Shown here: piece after piece, positions 10,701 through 19,703 of the stretch
Layout: the number at the start of each line of letters is the position of its first letter
How positions within the stretch are numbered: the stretch's first letter is position 1
Assembly (NCBI GenBank): GCA_963668025.2
Contig: CAXXTH010000017.1
Coordinates: 1,152,001-1,216,000, forward strand
Source: Candidatus Hydrogenedentota bacterium
GTDB taxonomy: Bacteria; Hydrogenedentota; Hydrogenedentia; Hydrogenedentales; SLHB01
Length of the DNA: 64,000 bases
Reading direction: 5' to 3'
Translations under genes and position numbers: made by a program
The notes under the pieces: generated by a model
What the model was told of the DNA's origin: nothing
The model's database searches: none
The model's input: the letters and a program-made list of their open reading frames with translations, nothing else

Positions 10701-11374
10701 TCCACAATGCCGCCATCTTCCGGATCAACAAGCACCATAACGGCATGGTTGTTCTCGAAGAGGCTGCGGTAGCGCTCATCGCTTTCCGCAAGCGCCCGCA
10801 CTCCCAGGCGCTGCCGTTCTCCGGCTAAAAAAACTTGGGCAATCAGTAGAAATGCCGCTGGATAACACAGAAGTATGGGCAAACCGAAGTGGCGCAGGAT
10901 GATTAGTCCCATTCCTCCCGGTAGAAGCAGTTGCAGCGCCAGCATGACGGCATGCACGACAAGGGAAAATAGGAGCAGAGGGGCCGGCCGGACCCACCAT
11001 TCATTCCGGCGGCGCAGATAATGCAACCCAGCGCCCAGCGCCGCCGATTCCACTACAACCGCCGTGCCCACCCACGCGCCCGGGCCTCCGACATAAAAAA
11101 AACGATATGCTCCGCAGAACAGTGCAGCAACCGCCGCCGGGACCGCGCCGCCGAAGAGTCCAGCCAAGCTCAATACGATGGAACGCCCATCATAAATCAC
11201 GCCTGGCGCAAACCGGACGGGCGTCATCATGCCTATGACGCCCACCAGCCCAAATAGCAGGCCTACCACCAAGCGGTACTCGAAGCGGCGGCCTTCAAAC
11301 CGATGCGCCAGCATCTGGAGCGCAATGGCCAGCGCTGTCAGCAGAGCTATGTTGTGAATCAGGTCGAGCAGCAT
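7754..11374 (-). CDS. Hybrid sensor histidine kinase (5TMR-LYT membrane domain, multiple PAS, HisKA, HATPase, receiver)
   Basis: IYDGRS LytS-type TM region, about five PAS/PAC repeats, AGGVAHDFNN, FFTTK…GTGLGL, C-terminal REC (LLITDVVMP). Confidence 0.95.
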   Translation of the reverse strand: MLLDLIHNIALLTALAIALQMLAHRFEGRRFEYRLVVGLLFGLVGVIGMMTPVRFAPGVIYDGRSIVLSLAGLFGGAVPAAVAALFCGAYRFFYVGGPGAWVGTAVVVESAALGAGLHYLRRRNEWWVRPAPLLLFSLVVHAVMLALQLLLPGGMGLIILRHFGLPILLCYPAAFLLIAQVFLAGERQRLGVRALAESDERYRSLFENNHAVMVLVDPEDGGIVDVNPAAERYYGWSRAEMRRKKVSDVNTLTLDEIKQDMQAAREAQRNHFYFRHRLANGAVRDVEVYSGAIHFGERQLLFSIIHDITERNQIEDALRLERQRLEFIINGSRQGTWVWNVQTNATVFNETWAGIVGYTLEELAPCDYNTWKRLVHPDDLQKAQEHLARCVAGEKPDYECEFRMRHKDGHWVWISDRGRIMSYDADGKPLSMFGTHADITEIKQADKAIKEREQFLRMVLQTTPDGFFVLDNQGRFLEVNDAYCAMLGYTREEIIGRAISDVDATEAPEETAALIHRIIQSGSMLFEACHRRKDGHAFPVEVSTSFLPEHGGQFVCFCRDLSERKRAEEAQRISDEKYRSLFEQLADGVFVHDVNGSILDVNRAAVEQSGYSKEELLQSSVFDLHPSQSRREDILREWNQWAPGEGSVLESYHRTKNGDVYPVEIKTAKVHFGGQEAMLAVSRDITDRKRAADEIAHSYEMMRYIIEHTQSAVAVYDKDMNYIYVSQRFMEEYGIKEQDIIGRSHYDIFPDLPQKWRDAHQKALAGEITSAEDDPYYRADGTVDWSRWECRPWYEKNGVIGGIIIYTETITERKKSEEEREKLRGQLAQAQKMESVGRLAGGVAHDFNNMLNVILGYSEMALEDLSADSALRTDINEIKRAAERSSDLTRQLLAFARKQTVAPKILDINETVESLLKMLRRLIGEDIDLRWKPAQRLETIRIDPAQIDQLLANLVVNARDAIGHEAGKVTIETGQVQFDEAYCADHIGFIPGSYVMLAVSDNGCGMDEETKALVFEPFFTTKDVGEGTGLGLATVYGIVKQNQGFINVYSELGQGTTFRIYFPVSNAAKNDETRKQIPSQPVAKGHETILLVEDEPAILAMGTRMLERWGYHVLAASTPGEAICLAEKHADDIHLLITDVVMPDMNGRDLAKHLLSLYPNVKHLFMSGYTANVIAHQGVLDEGVNFLQKPFSQQSFGQKVREVLDS

Positions 11375-11645
11375 TGCGTATACCTTTAGCCTATTTACTC
11401 CCCGGCCTTTCGGCGCGAGTATCTAAATGTTTCGATGGCTATTGGCGCACGGGCTCCTTTTTTCTATGTGTATACGGCATCGGCAGATCCATCCCGCATT
11501 TAGTATCAACACTTTGGGGGGGCGGTTCAAGGTTTTGCGGTCCGCATGCTTATTCTTGGATAAACTGTACTCCGCCATTGCGGGATTGGTATGATGCTTG
11601 GAAAATAGAAATGGCCTTGTATGTCATCGTAGAGGAATACGTATT

Positions 11646-12419
11646 ATGAATCGCATTGCATGGGCATTGTTGGTGGTGTTGGGACTCAGTGGGTGCTGGC
11701 AGCCGGAGCCGATTCCGTTCGAGCCTCCCAAGGGCGAACCAGGAGTGAAGCCCGCAGCACCCGTGGATGACACATCCGCGGTCATGGGCAAAGAATTGAA
11801 GGTGGGCGATGTCGAACAAACCGTCACGATAAATATGTCCCTATCGCAGCGTTCCCAGGCCCGGAATATAACGGAGGAAGTGCTTGCCGACAAGCTCGAG
11901 CGGGTTCGATTGCTGACGATTAATATCAATCCGCCGTTCCCGAATTCCTTGTGGCTTGACACGGTAGTGAAAGCGAAAAACGACTTTCATTACACGCCGG
12001 TCGTATTGCGAGGCTCCTATCTTCGTAATGAAAAGGAATCGCTAGGGGATATCAAGCTGGTCTTGGCTGGGCGCTTCAGCGACGATTATAATTTACAGCC
12101 AATCGATGTCCTGGCGGGATTGGAGCAGGTTCCAGAGACCATGCTCATCAGCATGGACCTCGAAGCGCTATTGATGCCGCCAGGCACAGACCCTGCCGCG
12201 ATAAAGCCGGATACCGCTACTACGCCGCCGGAGCGCATCACACGGGCCATGTATTATAAGACCGCTGTTCGTATTAATTTTAACAAAGGAGGCGGCGCGC
12301 AAGCATCCGAATCGGCGGCGGCGGTTCCTTTATCGGAGAACAGCGCCGCGAATACCGCCGCGCCGCCCGCACCGTCCTTGGCGGCCCCTCCGCCCGCACC
12401 ACCGGCTTCGGCGCAATAG
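11646..12419 (+). CDS. Hypothetical lipoprotein
   Basis: GAGG RBS, lipobox LSGC, Ala/Pro-rich tail. Confidence 0.7.
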   Translation: MNRIAWALLVVLGLSGCWQPEPIPFEPPKGEPGVKPAAPVDDTSAVMGKELKVGDVEQTVTINMSLSQRSQARNITEEVLADKLERVRLLTININPPFPNSLWLDTVVKAKNDFHYTPVVLRGSYLRNEKESLGDIKLVLAGRFSDDYNLQPIDVLAGLEQVPETMLISMDLEALLMPPGTDPAAIKPDTATTPPERITRAMYYKTAVRINFNKGGGAQASESAAAVPLSENSAANTAAPPAPSLAAPPPAPPASAQ

Positions 12420-12588
12420 CGCGTTTGGCGGGCGGAACTGCTTTGCATTCCAGCCGGGGAATCTGGGATGTGAATGATGGGAAGGCTTTTTACGTTACAA
12501 TTAACGAGCATTTCGTGCAAACGCTCGTTTTTTGACAGGTTCGGCTTCACGAAATTACAATTTATTCACACTATTAGGAGGCCGTGTC

Positions 12589-12903
12589 GTGTATATTGTA
12601 CGCATAGAAGATGTGAAACCGGATCAGGTGCTTGCTAAAGCAGTGACTAACCGGACGGGCGCTACGCTGTGTCCGCCTGGATTCAAAATGACTGAGGCCG
12701 CCATTGCCCGGCTTAAAACGGCTGGCATCGAGTCGGTAATCCTGGAAGGCGGGCCCGATGAAGACACTCATTATCAAGAACGCCTAGATGAGTTGAATAA
12801 GCGTTTCGAGGGGGTCGATGATCCCATTATGTTGCAAATAAAGGCCGCTCTGGTCAAGCGCATCTCATTCATGGCCATGGAAGACGGCGAACAACGGGAA
12901 TAA
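12589..12903 (+). CDS. Small hypothetical protein upstream of the HDOD gene
   Basis: GTG start after AGGAGG; resembles N-terminal extensions of HD-GYP/HDOD proteins (VKPDQVLAKAV…TL…G…T…IARLK). Confidence 0.65.
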   Translation: MYIVRIEDVKPDQVLAKAVTNRTGATLCPPGFKMTEAAIARLKTAGIESVILEGGPDEDTHYQERLDELNKRFEGVDDPIMLQIKAALVKRISFMAMEDGEQRE

Positions 12904-12949
12904 GCGGCGTAAGTTGATAGCGGCAGGCAGCAAATGAAGGAGCCTTTAG

Positions 12950-13792
12950 GTGCCTCTGACCGAAGCAAAGATAGAAGCAAAAGTCATCGAGCTGGTTAAT
13001 TTGCCGACACTTCCGGGCATTTTGAAAAAGATCAGCAAGATGACGGAGAACCGCGAATCGAATGCGGCCGATGTCGCGGAGATCATCAGCGCGGACCAAG
13101 TATTGAGCGCCAAAGTATTGCGGCTGGTCAATTCGCCAGTGTATGGCTTTCCGGGCCGCATCTCCTCGATTACGCATGCGGTGGTGCTGTTGGGTTTCAA
13201 TGTGGTCAAGGGGATGGTGCTCGGAACGGCGGTGTTTAACTCGATAGGCTCCCACGGCCAGGGCCTTTGGGAACACAGCCTCGGTTGTGCGATCTTGAGC
13301 AGGCGAATCGCCAAAGAAATCGACCTTCATGATGTGGAGGAAGTCATGATCGCCGGCTTGCTTCATGACTTAGGCAAAGTCGTGTTGTCATATCTGTTTC
13401 CAAAAGATTATGAGCGCGCCGTGGCAATGGCCCAGATGCGCCATTGCCATATTAGCGAAACGGAACGGGAAGAGCTGGGAGTGGACCATCCCCGCGTGAG
13501 CCGGTGGCTCGCGGATGAATGGCATTTTCCCGACCGGCTTTCTGAACCGCTCATTTATCATCACATGCCGGAACGCGCCCGGCGCAGCCAGGAAGTCACC
13601 GATGTCGTGCATATAGCGGATATTTTGACGCGAGGCATGGGATATGGGTATCCTGGCGATTCCACGATGCCGCTGCTGGACCATGAGTCATTTCACCGAC
13701 TCGGGCTTTCTTTTGACCAAATCGACCGGATCCTTGCTGACGCGGAGATGGAGTTCCTGGCGGGCGCTGATGTATTTGCAATGGGGGCATAA
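12950..13792 (+). CDS. HDOD domain signal protein
   Basis: LPTLP, D.VLSAKVLRLVNS, LWEHS, AGLLHDLGK, HH.P. Confidence 0.92.
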   Translation: MPLTEAKIEAKVIELVNLPTLPGILKKISKMTENRESNAADVAEIISADQVLSAKVLRLVNSPVYGFPGRISSITHAVVLLGFNVVKGMVLGTAVFNSIGSHGQGLWEHSLGCAILSRRIAKEIDLHDVEEVMIAGLLHDLGKVVLSYLFPKDYERAVAMAQMRHCHISETEREELGVDHPRVSRWLADEWHFPDRLSEPLIYHHMPERARRSQEVTDVVHIADILTRGMGYGYPGDSTMPLLDHESFHRLGLSFDQIDRILADAEMEFLAGADVFAMGA

Positions 13793-13803
13793 CGAATACA
13801 ATC

Positions 13804-14742
13804 ATGACGGATACACCCAAAATCGTGCTTGTAGCCGATTCACAGTCCAGCACGCTCAATTTATTAAGCGGCGCGGTTGCGGCGGCAGGATTTCTGGTGC
13901 GTCCCGCGGCATCTTTCCACGAAGCGATTGAATCGTTTTACGCCCAGCCTCCCCAATGCATCATTACGCGCTTGGAAATGGAAGATTCGCCCTGCTCCAA
14001 ACTGCTGGATGAAATCAAACGGGATAACTTTTATGGCCATTTGCCGGTCATCCTCGTGGCGAGGCAGGAATATATCGAGCGTGGCATCGATTGGCATCTC
14101 GTTCCAGCGGATGATTATTTGATAGAGCCGTTGAGCGTATGGGAGGTGGCTTCCCGAGTCCGGTTGTGCTTGTCCAGGGCGCTGCGTGATGTCAATGCGA
14201 ATCCGCTTACGGGCCTGCCGGGCAACTTAACCATCATGCGCGAGGCCGAGCGCCGCCTCAGCACGGGCCAGCGCTTCAGTTTCGCCTATCTCGACGTGGA
14301 CAGTTTTAAATCGTTCAATGACAAATATGGCTTTTCACGCGGCGATGAAGTGCTCCGAATGACCGCCCGGATCATCGTTAATGCCGTCCGCTCCCTTGAT
14401 AGCCTCGATACTTATGTCGGCCATATCGGCGGCGATGATTTTGTCTTTATTACGCCATGTGAGTTCATGGCCCACGCCTGCCAGCGCATCGCCAGCAATT
14501 TCGACCTTATCGTCCGCGATTTTTATGATGCCGATGATCGGGAAAATGGGTTTATCCAGTCCATGGACCGCCAAGGCAAGCCCCAGACCTTTCCCCTTAT
14601 GAGCGTTTCCATCGGAGCCGTGGACACGAGCACTGCGGAAATCCAGCATGTAGCCGATATGTTCACGCGCGTCACGGAAGTCAAATCATTCGCCAAGCGC
14701 CTGCCCGGCTCGAATTTCATCATGGACCGCCGCCGCGGATAA
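13804..14742 (+). CDS. Receiver-like domain + GGDEF-family diguanylate cyclase
   Basis: NPLTGLPGN, DVDSFKSFND.YG…GD, HIGGDDF. Confidence 0.88.
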   Translation: MTDTPKIVLVADSQSSTLNLLSGAVAAAGFLVRPAASFHEAIESFYAQPPQCIITRLEMEDSPCSKLLDEIKRDNFYGHLPVILVARQEYIERGIDWHLVPADDYLIEPLSVWEVASRVRLCLSRALRDVNANPLTGLPGNLTIMREAERRLSTGQRFSFAYLDVDSFKSFNDKYGFSRGDEVLRMTARIIVNAVRSLDSLDTYVGHIGGDDFVFITPCEFMAHACQRIASNFDLIVRDFYDADDRENGFIQSMDRQGKPQTFPLMSVSIGAVDTSTAEIQHVADMFTRVTEVKSFAKRLPGSNFIMDRRRG

Positions 14743-14827
14743 TACATCGCCCCCCCCTTCATGTTAGAATACCGTCAGGAAGGGCAGGGAAAATGGAATG
14801 CTTGCCCCTATGCAGAAAGGGCGCAGC

Positions 14828-15226
14828 ATGAATTCTTCCGAGCTTTTTCCCAGCAAGCCCCATCACCGCCCAACCCGGCTGGTCATCCTATGCTCCATTT
14901 TAGCGCTCTCCGTGACCGCTGGCGCCGCCCATTTTGTCCGCGTGCATCACGACGAAGACACCTTGCTGGAATATGGAAGAGCCATCGTGGAACAAGCCAA
15001 TGCGGAGGATCCGGTTCCAGTCTCCGAAGCAGGCCCTGAAGCGGATGTCGAACTCGAGGCCTACTGTTCGTACGCTTATCTTGTCGCAGGAAAGAAGACG
15101 GGGAAGATCCGCATGATTCTAAAGCCCCGCCCCCATGCGCCCGTCCAAAAAATGACCCCCATTTGTTATATCTGTGATTACCAAGAGGGTGCTTGGCGTC
15201 AGGTCGAAAGCTATTCCGAGCATTGA
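14828..15226 (+). CDS. Hypothetical membrane-anchored protein
   Basis: One N-terminal hydrophobic segment; start at 14798 or 14828. Confidence 0.55.
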   Translation: MNSSELFPSKPHHRPTRLVILCSILALSVTAGAAHFVRVHHDEDTLLEYGRAIVEQANAEDPVPVSEAGPEADVELEAYCSYAYLVAGKKTGKIRMILKPRPHAPVQKMTPICYICDYQEGAWRQVESYSEH

Positions 15227-15291
15227 TTCGCGGCCGTTTCCATGATGCTTCCAACTGAACGGCCCGTGCAGGCGGCTGTTTTTTAGGCAGC

Positions 15292-15326
15292 AAAAGCGGG
15301 CAGCCCTTCCGGGCGGCCCGCTTTTT
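15292..15326. terminator. Bidirectional intrinsic terminator
   Basis: AAAAGCGGGC-AGCCC-TTCC-GGGCG-GCCCGCTTTTT between convergent genes. Confidence 0.75.
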
Positions 15327-15357
15327 ATTCCTGTTCCGCTTTCCTCGATAGGTGTAA

Positions 15358-15777
15358 TCAGTTCGTTCGGGACAATTCCATATCTCCGTAGAAGAGTTTC
15401 CCGCCGCGCACCGTGACGATATAGGACATATCTCCTGTTTTCACCGTGATTTGCCCCGCGTCAAAGGTCCATTCGCCAGATTCCGAGCCGTTGGCCGTCA
15501 ATTTGCCGTCTTGCCCGAAAGCCAGCGTGAGCGGGCCCGCGCTCCAAGCGGTTCCTGGCAGCGATTCCGCTGTCAGGGCAGCTTCGGGCGCTGGATTCGC
15601 CGCAGGTGCGGAAGCGGCGCTAACTGGTTTTACCGTTTGTGCGGGCTCTGCCGGCTTGCCGGTTTCGCCGCCACAACCAGTTGCCAGAATGACAACCGCT
15701 AATGCCATGGCTCCATGCAAGAAGATCCTCCAAGGGGCCATTTGATTGCTGTTACGCAGCCATTTCCCGCTTTGCAT
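15358..15777 (-). CDS. Hypothetical lipoprotein
   Basis: AAGGAG RBS, lipobox ATGC, Pro/Ala linker, small beta domain (LPGTAW). Confidence 0.65.
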   Translation of the reverse strand: MQSGKWLRNSNQMAPWRIFLHGAMALAVVILATGCGGETGKPAEPAQTVKPVSAASAPAANPAPEAALTAESLPGTAWSAGPLTLAFGQDGKLTANGSESGEWTFDAGQITVKTGDMSYIVTVRGGKLFYGDMELSRTN

Positions 15778-15795
15778 CTGTCGGACGACTCCTTT

Positions 15796-16218
15796 TTACT
15801 TTTCAGCAGCCTTGCCCAAGGCCAGCATGATGGACGATTGTGCATCATCTTTTATGACCTTGATGCTTAATGTACGCGAATCCTTGCTATAGGTCATCGT
15901 GTACATCAGGCCGCCTTGATCCGCAGACATCTCTTCCGTCCACTGATTAGCTTTCGCCTGCTCTTTGAAGCTCTTGACTACCTGGCCATACGTATCGGGC
16001 GTTACCGCGGATAGGGTATAGACGCCCTCTGCCGCACCCTTGGCGCACATCTCGATCTTCATGTCTTTGTAGAGCGGCACATCTTTTGGAAAGTCTTCAG
16101 GAATCTGTGCATCTTCACCGATCAGCACTGGCGGGGCATCGGATTTCTTCGACGCCGCCGACTCTGCGCCATCGGCCACCCCGGCTTCGGCGATAGAAGC
16201 CTGAGCCGGGGTGACCAA
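15796..16218 (-). CDS. Globular domain ORF, probably the -1 frame extension of the upstream lipoprotein
   Basis: IPEDFPKDVPLY motif seen in exported proteins; no signal peptide or RBS at its TTG; frame is open back to the slippery site at 16236. Confidence 0.65.
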   Translation of the reverse strand: MVTPAQASIAEAGVADGAESAASKKSDAPPVLIGEDAQIPEDFPKDVPLYKDMKIEMCAKGAAEGVYTLSAVTPDTYGQVVKSFKEQAKANQWTEEMSADQGGLMYTMTYSKDSRTLSIKVIKDDAQSSIMLALGKAAEK

Positions 16219-16226
16219 TTGATGGT

Positions 16227-16529
16227 TTAGTTTCCCGCTGGGGCCGGGGCTGGCGCTGGCGCTGGCGCCGGAGCTGGTGCCGGAGCCGCAGGGGCTGCCG
16301 GAGCTGGTGCCGGAGCCGCAGGCGGAGTTATCGGAGCAGGCATAGCCGGCGGCGCAGGCGGCTTCGGCATGTCAGGCTTTGCCGTGTCAGGCTTCGGCAT
16401 CGGAGCTGGCTTCTCGCCCACGCCTGGTTTTTGCACAGGTTCCGACGGTTTCTGTCCGCATCCTGCTACTACGAGCGTCACCGCCAGCAGTATGCAGCAC
16501 GCCAATCCAAGAGCTGCCATTTTCTTCAT
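16227..16529 (-). CDS. Pro/Ala-rich lipoprotein (100 aa), N-terminal part of a putative frameshift fusion
   Basis: GAGGAG RBS, MKK…lipobox VAGC, then only PAPAPA linker; ends GCG GGA AAC TAA. Confidence 0.75.
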   Translation of the reverse strand: MKKMAALGLACCILLAVTLVVAGCGQKPSEPVQKPGVGEKPAPMPKPDTAKPDMPKPPAPPAMPAPITPPAAPAPAPAAPAAPAPAPAPAPAPAPAPAGN

Positions 16530-16717
16530 AGATGCACTCTCTCCTCTCGCTGGCAACACGAAGGCTGCCTGGTTGAGTGTTTGTTTACGTGCAAAGGGCA
16601 GACGAACTTTCGTTTGCCACAACAATTCTTCGCACGCTCCTTTAGACTACACCTGATGCACATTCACGTCAACATGCACCGGTACATTAATGTAATCCGC
16701 CGAATCTGTCAAAAGTT

Positions 16718-17971
16718 TCACCGATTCTTTTCCGCTTGTTCCATATCCCGAAACACGGCGGCGGCCAGAAAAACCAACAGCAGCGCCCCGGCGGCAGGGA
16801 CTGCCCAGAAGATGCGGTAATCAATGGCCCCGTCCGCATAAGTAAACCATTGGGCGAGTTTTCCAGCAAGAAGGCTGCCTCCGAGCACGCCTCCGCCCGA
16901 GAATATCATGGCGAAAATCTGCTGGGCCCCCGAGCGCTCGCCTGGCCGGCAATAGGTGTCCAGGCAAATGAAAGCCGCTGCGAAATACAACGCATAGCAC
17001 AATCCATGTGACGCCAAAGCCATCAATACTAATGTATCCGGTTTGCCGATAGCTAACGCGCCATAGCGGAACACCTCCGCCAGCAACCCGGCTATCAATA
17101 CCCGCTTAAACCCCCACCGCGCCAAAATGCGGCCCAGGCAAATCATGACGCCGACTTCGGTGACTTGGCCCAGGCTCATGGCGGGCATGATATAGGCGTC
17201 CGCATAGCCTCGGGCGTGCAGAAAGGGCGCCGCGCCAAAATAAAAAAAACGGTCCACCACGGCCGCCAAAAAGGTCAGTATTCCCAATCGCGCCACGGAA
17301 CCATTAAAGTATAGCTTTAGGGCGTCCCATGGAGACGCCTTTAAAGCGCCTGATTCTTGGCGGCGGCTTTGAGGAAGGGCGAGAGCGCCCGCGGCGAATA
17401 CGAACGATACGATAGCGGACAGCCATAAGGTATCTTGCAGGCGGCCCGAATTTAACTCGCCCGAAGGCGTTCGCAGCCAGCCGAAGCCGAATATGACTGC
17501 CACGACGATGCAGCTTGCCGTGCCCCATAACCGGATGATCCCAAAATCACGCCCATTTTCTTTCAAGTGGTGAAAGACAATGGCGTTGGTCAAACCGAAT
17601 GTAGGCGCGAAGCAGAGGCTGTATATTAAGTACCATATTATAAATGGACCATATTTGGTTTGCTGGGCCAGCATAAGCATGGCCAATCCGCCCAATGCAT
17701 TGCAGAGGGACAGCAGGCGCTCGTCGCTGATCCGATGATTCGCAAGACGCATGATGAAAAGCGGCGCGATGATTGCCGCCACCGCAGGCATGGCCAGCAC
17801 TTTTCCTATTTGGAATGCCTCGAAACCAAGCGTATCTTTCAAATAGAGGCTCAATATGGGCACGGTCGCACTTGGGATGAGATGTTCCAGGAACATCATG
17901 CTGTTGAGCCGCCAGCGAATGCTTCGTTTCACGGATTGATCCAGTCTGTTGTGTGAATGCCGATAACGCAA
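16718..17971 (-). CDS. MFS transporter, nucleoside:H+ symporter (NupG/YegT-like)
   Basis: About 12 TM segments, MMFLE, DFGIIRLWGT, MSLGQVTEV; start uncertain. Confidence 0.85.
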   Translation of the reverse strand: MRYRHSHNRLDQSVKRSIRWRLNSMMFLEHLIPSATVPILSLYLKDTLGFEAFQIGKVLAMPAVAAIIAPLFIMRLANHRISDERLLSLCNALGGLAMLMLAQQTKYGPFIIWYLIYSLCFAPTFGLTNAIVFHHLKENGRDFGIIRLWGTASCIVVAVIFGFGWLRTPSGELNSGRLQDTLWLSAIVSFVFAAGALALPQSRRQESGALKASPWDALKLYFNGSVARLGILTFLAAVVDRFFYFGAAPFLHARGYADAYIMPAMSLGQVTEVGVMICLGRILARWGFKRVLIAGLLAEVFRYGALAIGKPDTLVLMALASHGLCYALYFAAAFICLDTYCRPGERSGAQQIFAMIFSGGGVLGGSLLAGKLAQWFTYADGAIDYRIFWAVPAAGALLLVFLAAAVFRDMEQAEKNR

Positions 17972-18259
17972 AATCGGGTATTCTAGCCCGGCAGGCCTGT
18001 TTCACCCGGAGCTGCAAGATGATAGCGCATCTTCGTGAACCACGCCAGGATGTTAAATCATAATAAGATTTTGCCCCGTGGTGAAGAATGGCCATCGAGG
18101 GCGGCGGCCACACACATTGCTTGCTAGAAAACAAGGCCAAAAGCCTTCAGATGCGGCTTCCATTGGGTGAGTGTTGCAGGTCAATATACGTGAATAGCAA
18201 GCCTATCTTCGCGTAATATGGGAAAGGAGGATATTTACACAGCATATGGGGAGGATGCG

Positions 18260-19684
18260 ATGGCTTGGTTATCCTGGCTGCTATTGATCAGCGAATGGAC
18301 GATCCGCATCACCATGCTGCTCGTGGTGGCGCGCAAGCGGAGGCCGAATTCGGCCGTGGCCTGGCTATTGATTATCTTTTTCGAACCGCTCATCGGATTG
18401 GCCCTATACCTGCTCATCGGTGAAAACCGCCTGCCCCGGCGGCGCATGGGCGAGTATAAGGAGGTGCTCGACGCCGGGCATGTGCGGGAACGCTTCCGGG
18501 GGCACTCCGGCATTGTGCAGCCGCGGGTCGAAGAGCGCTTCAAGGCGACGATCTCCATGGCCGAGCGATTGGGCAATCTGCCCATTCTGGGAGGCAATCA
18601 TGTGGCGCTTATCGGCTTGGACGGCGATTTTGCGGAACAGCTCGTTCAAGACATTGATCATGCAAAAGACCATGTACACTTGCTGTATTACATTTTCGGG
18701 TGCGAAGACATAGGCGAGCGTGTGGGCCAGGCGCTTGCGCGGGCGGTCGAACGGGGCGTGGCCTGCCGCGTGTTGATGGACGGCGTGGGCTCCCGAAAAA
18801 CGCTGAAGCGGTTTGGCCCCGGCTTGCGGCAAGTGGGTGTCGAGGTGCATGCGGCGCTTCCCGTGGGCGTCTTCCGGCGGCGGGTGGCGCGTTTTGATCT
18901 CCGCAACCACCGCAAGCTGGCGGTCATTGACGGCTCCATTGGGTATACCGGCTCGCATAACCTCATCGGCGCGTCATCGTATGGGCGCCAGGATTTGGCA
19001 TGGGTGGATTTATCCGTGCGCGTGCAAGGCCCGGCGGTGCTCAACTTGCAGTCGGTTTTTATGAGCGATTGGAATTACGAAACTGGCCAAGCGCTTGACG
19101 AAGAGCGGTATTTCCCCGATGTGAAACCTAGCGGGAATGTGGCCCTTCAAGTGTTTCCTAGCGGGCCAATATATAACATCGAGATTTTCCAGCGCCTAGT
19201 TGTGTCTGCTCTGCATGCCGCACAGCGGCATGTGGTGATTACGACTCCCTACTTCGTGCCGGATGAGGCGTTTTTACAGGCCATGCAGACAGCGGTTTGG
19301 CGGGGGGTCATGGTGGAGATCATCGTGCCGGAACGGTTTGATCAACTCTGGGTTGGGGCGGCGTCGCAGGCCTATTTCGAGGAATTACTCGAAGCGGGCG
19401 TACGGATTTACCAGTATCAAAAGGGCATGCTCCACGCCAAAACCTTATGCGTGGATGATGCGATGGCCTTCATCGGCTCGAGCAATTTCGACATCCGGTC
19501 GTTCGCGTTGAATTTCGAGATCAATAGCGTGGTTTTCGATCCGCATATCGTGGAAACCTTGCGACAAGAGCTGGCCCGCTACCGAGCGGATTCGCGCTTG
19601 CTGATACGGGAAGACTGGGCGAAGCGCTCGTTGGGGCTCAGGGCGTTCCACCAATTGGCCAAACTCATGAGTCCGGTATTATAG
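18260..19684 (+). CDS. cls: Cardiolipin synthase
   Basis: Two N-terminal TMs, two HKD motifs (NHRKLAVIDG, LHAKTLCVDD), TTPYFVPD; GGAGG RBS. Confidence 0.92.
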   Translation: MAWLSWLLLISEWTIRITMLLVVARKRRPNSAVAWLLIIFFEPLIGLALYLLIGENRLPRRRMGEYKEVLDAGHVRERFRGHSGIVQPRVEERFKATISMAERLGNLPILGGNHVALIGLDGDFAEQLVQDIDHAKDHVHLLYYIFGCEDIGERVGQALARAVERGVACRVLMDGVGSRKTLKRFGPGLRQVGVEVHAALPVGVFRRRVARFDLRNHRKLAVIDGSIGYTGSHNLIGASSYGRQDLAWVDLSVRVQGPAVLNLQSVFMSDWNYETGQALDEERYFPDVKPSGNVALQVFPSGPIYNIEIFQRLVVSALHAAQRHVVITTPYFVPDEAFLQAMQTAVWRGVMVEIIVPERFDQLWVGAASQAYFEELLEAGVRIYQYQKGMLHAKTLCVDDAMAFIGSSNFDIRSFALNFEINSVVFDPHIVETLRQELARYRADSRLLIREDWAKRSLGLRAFHQLAKLMSPVL

Positions 19685-19703
19685 ATATGTGAGGGCATTG
19701 GCG

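Noticed and set aside
9767-10828. 353-aa plus-strand ORF
   Set aside because: Antisense to the PAS region of the kinase.
16237-16330. GC-rich short tandem repeats as a DNA-level element
   Set aside because: Explained by codons for the PAPAPA linker.
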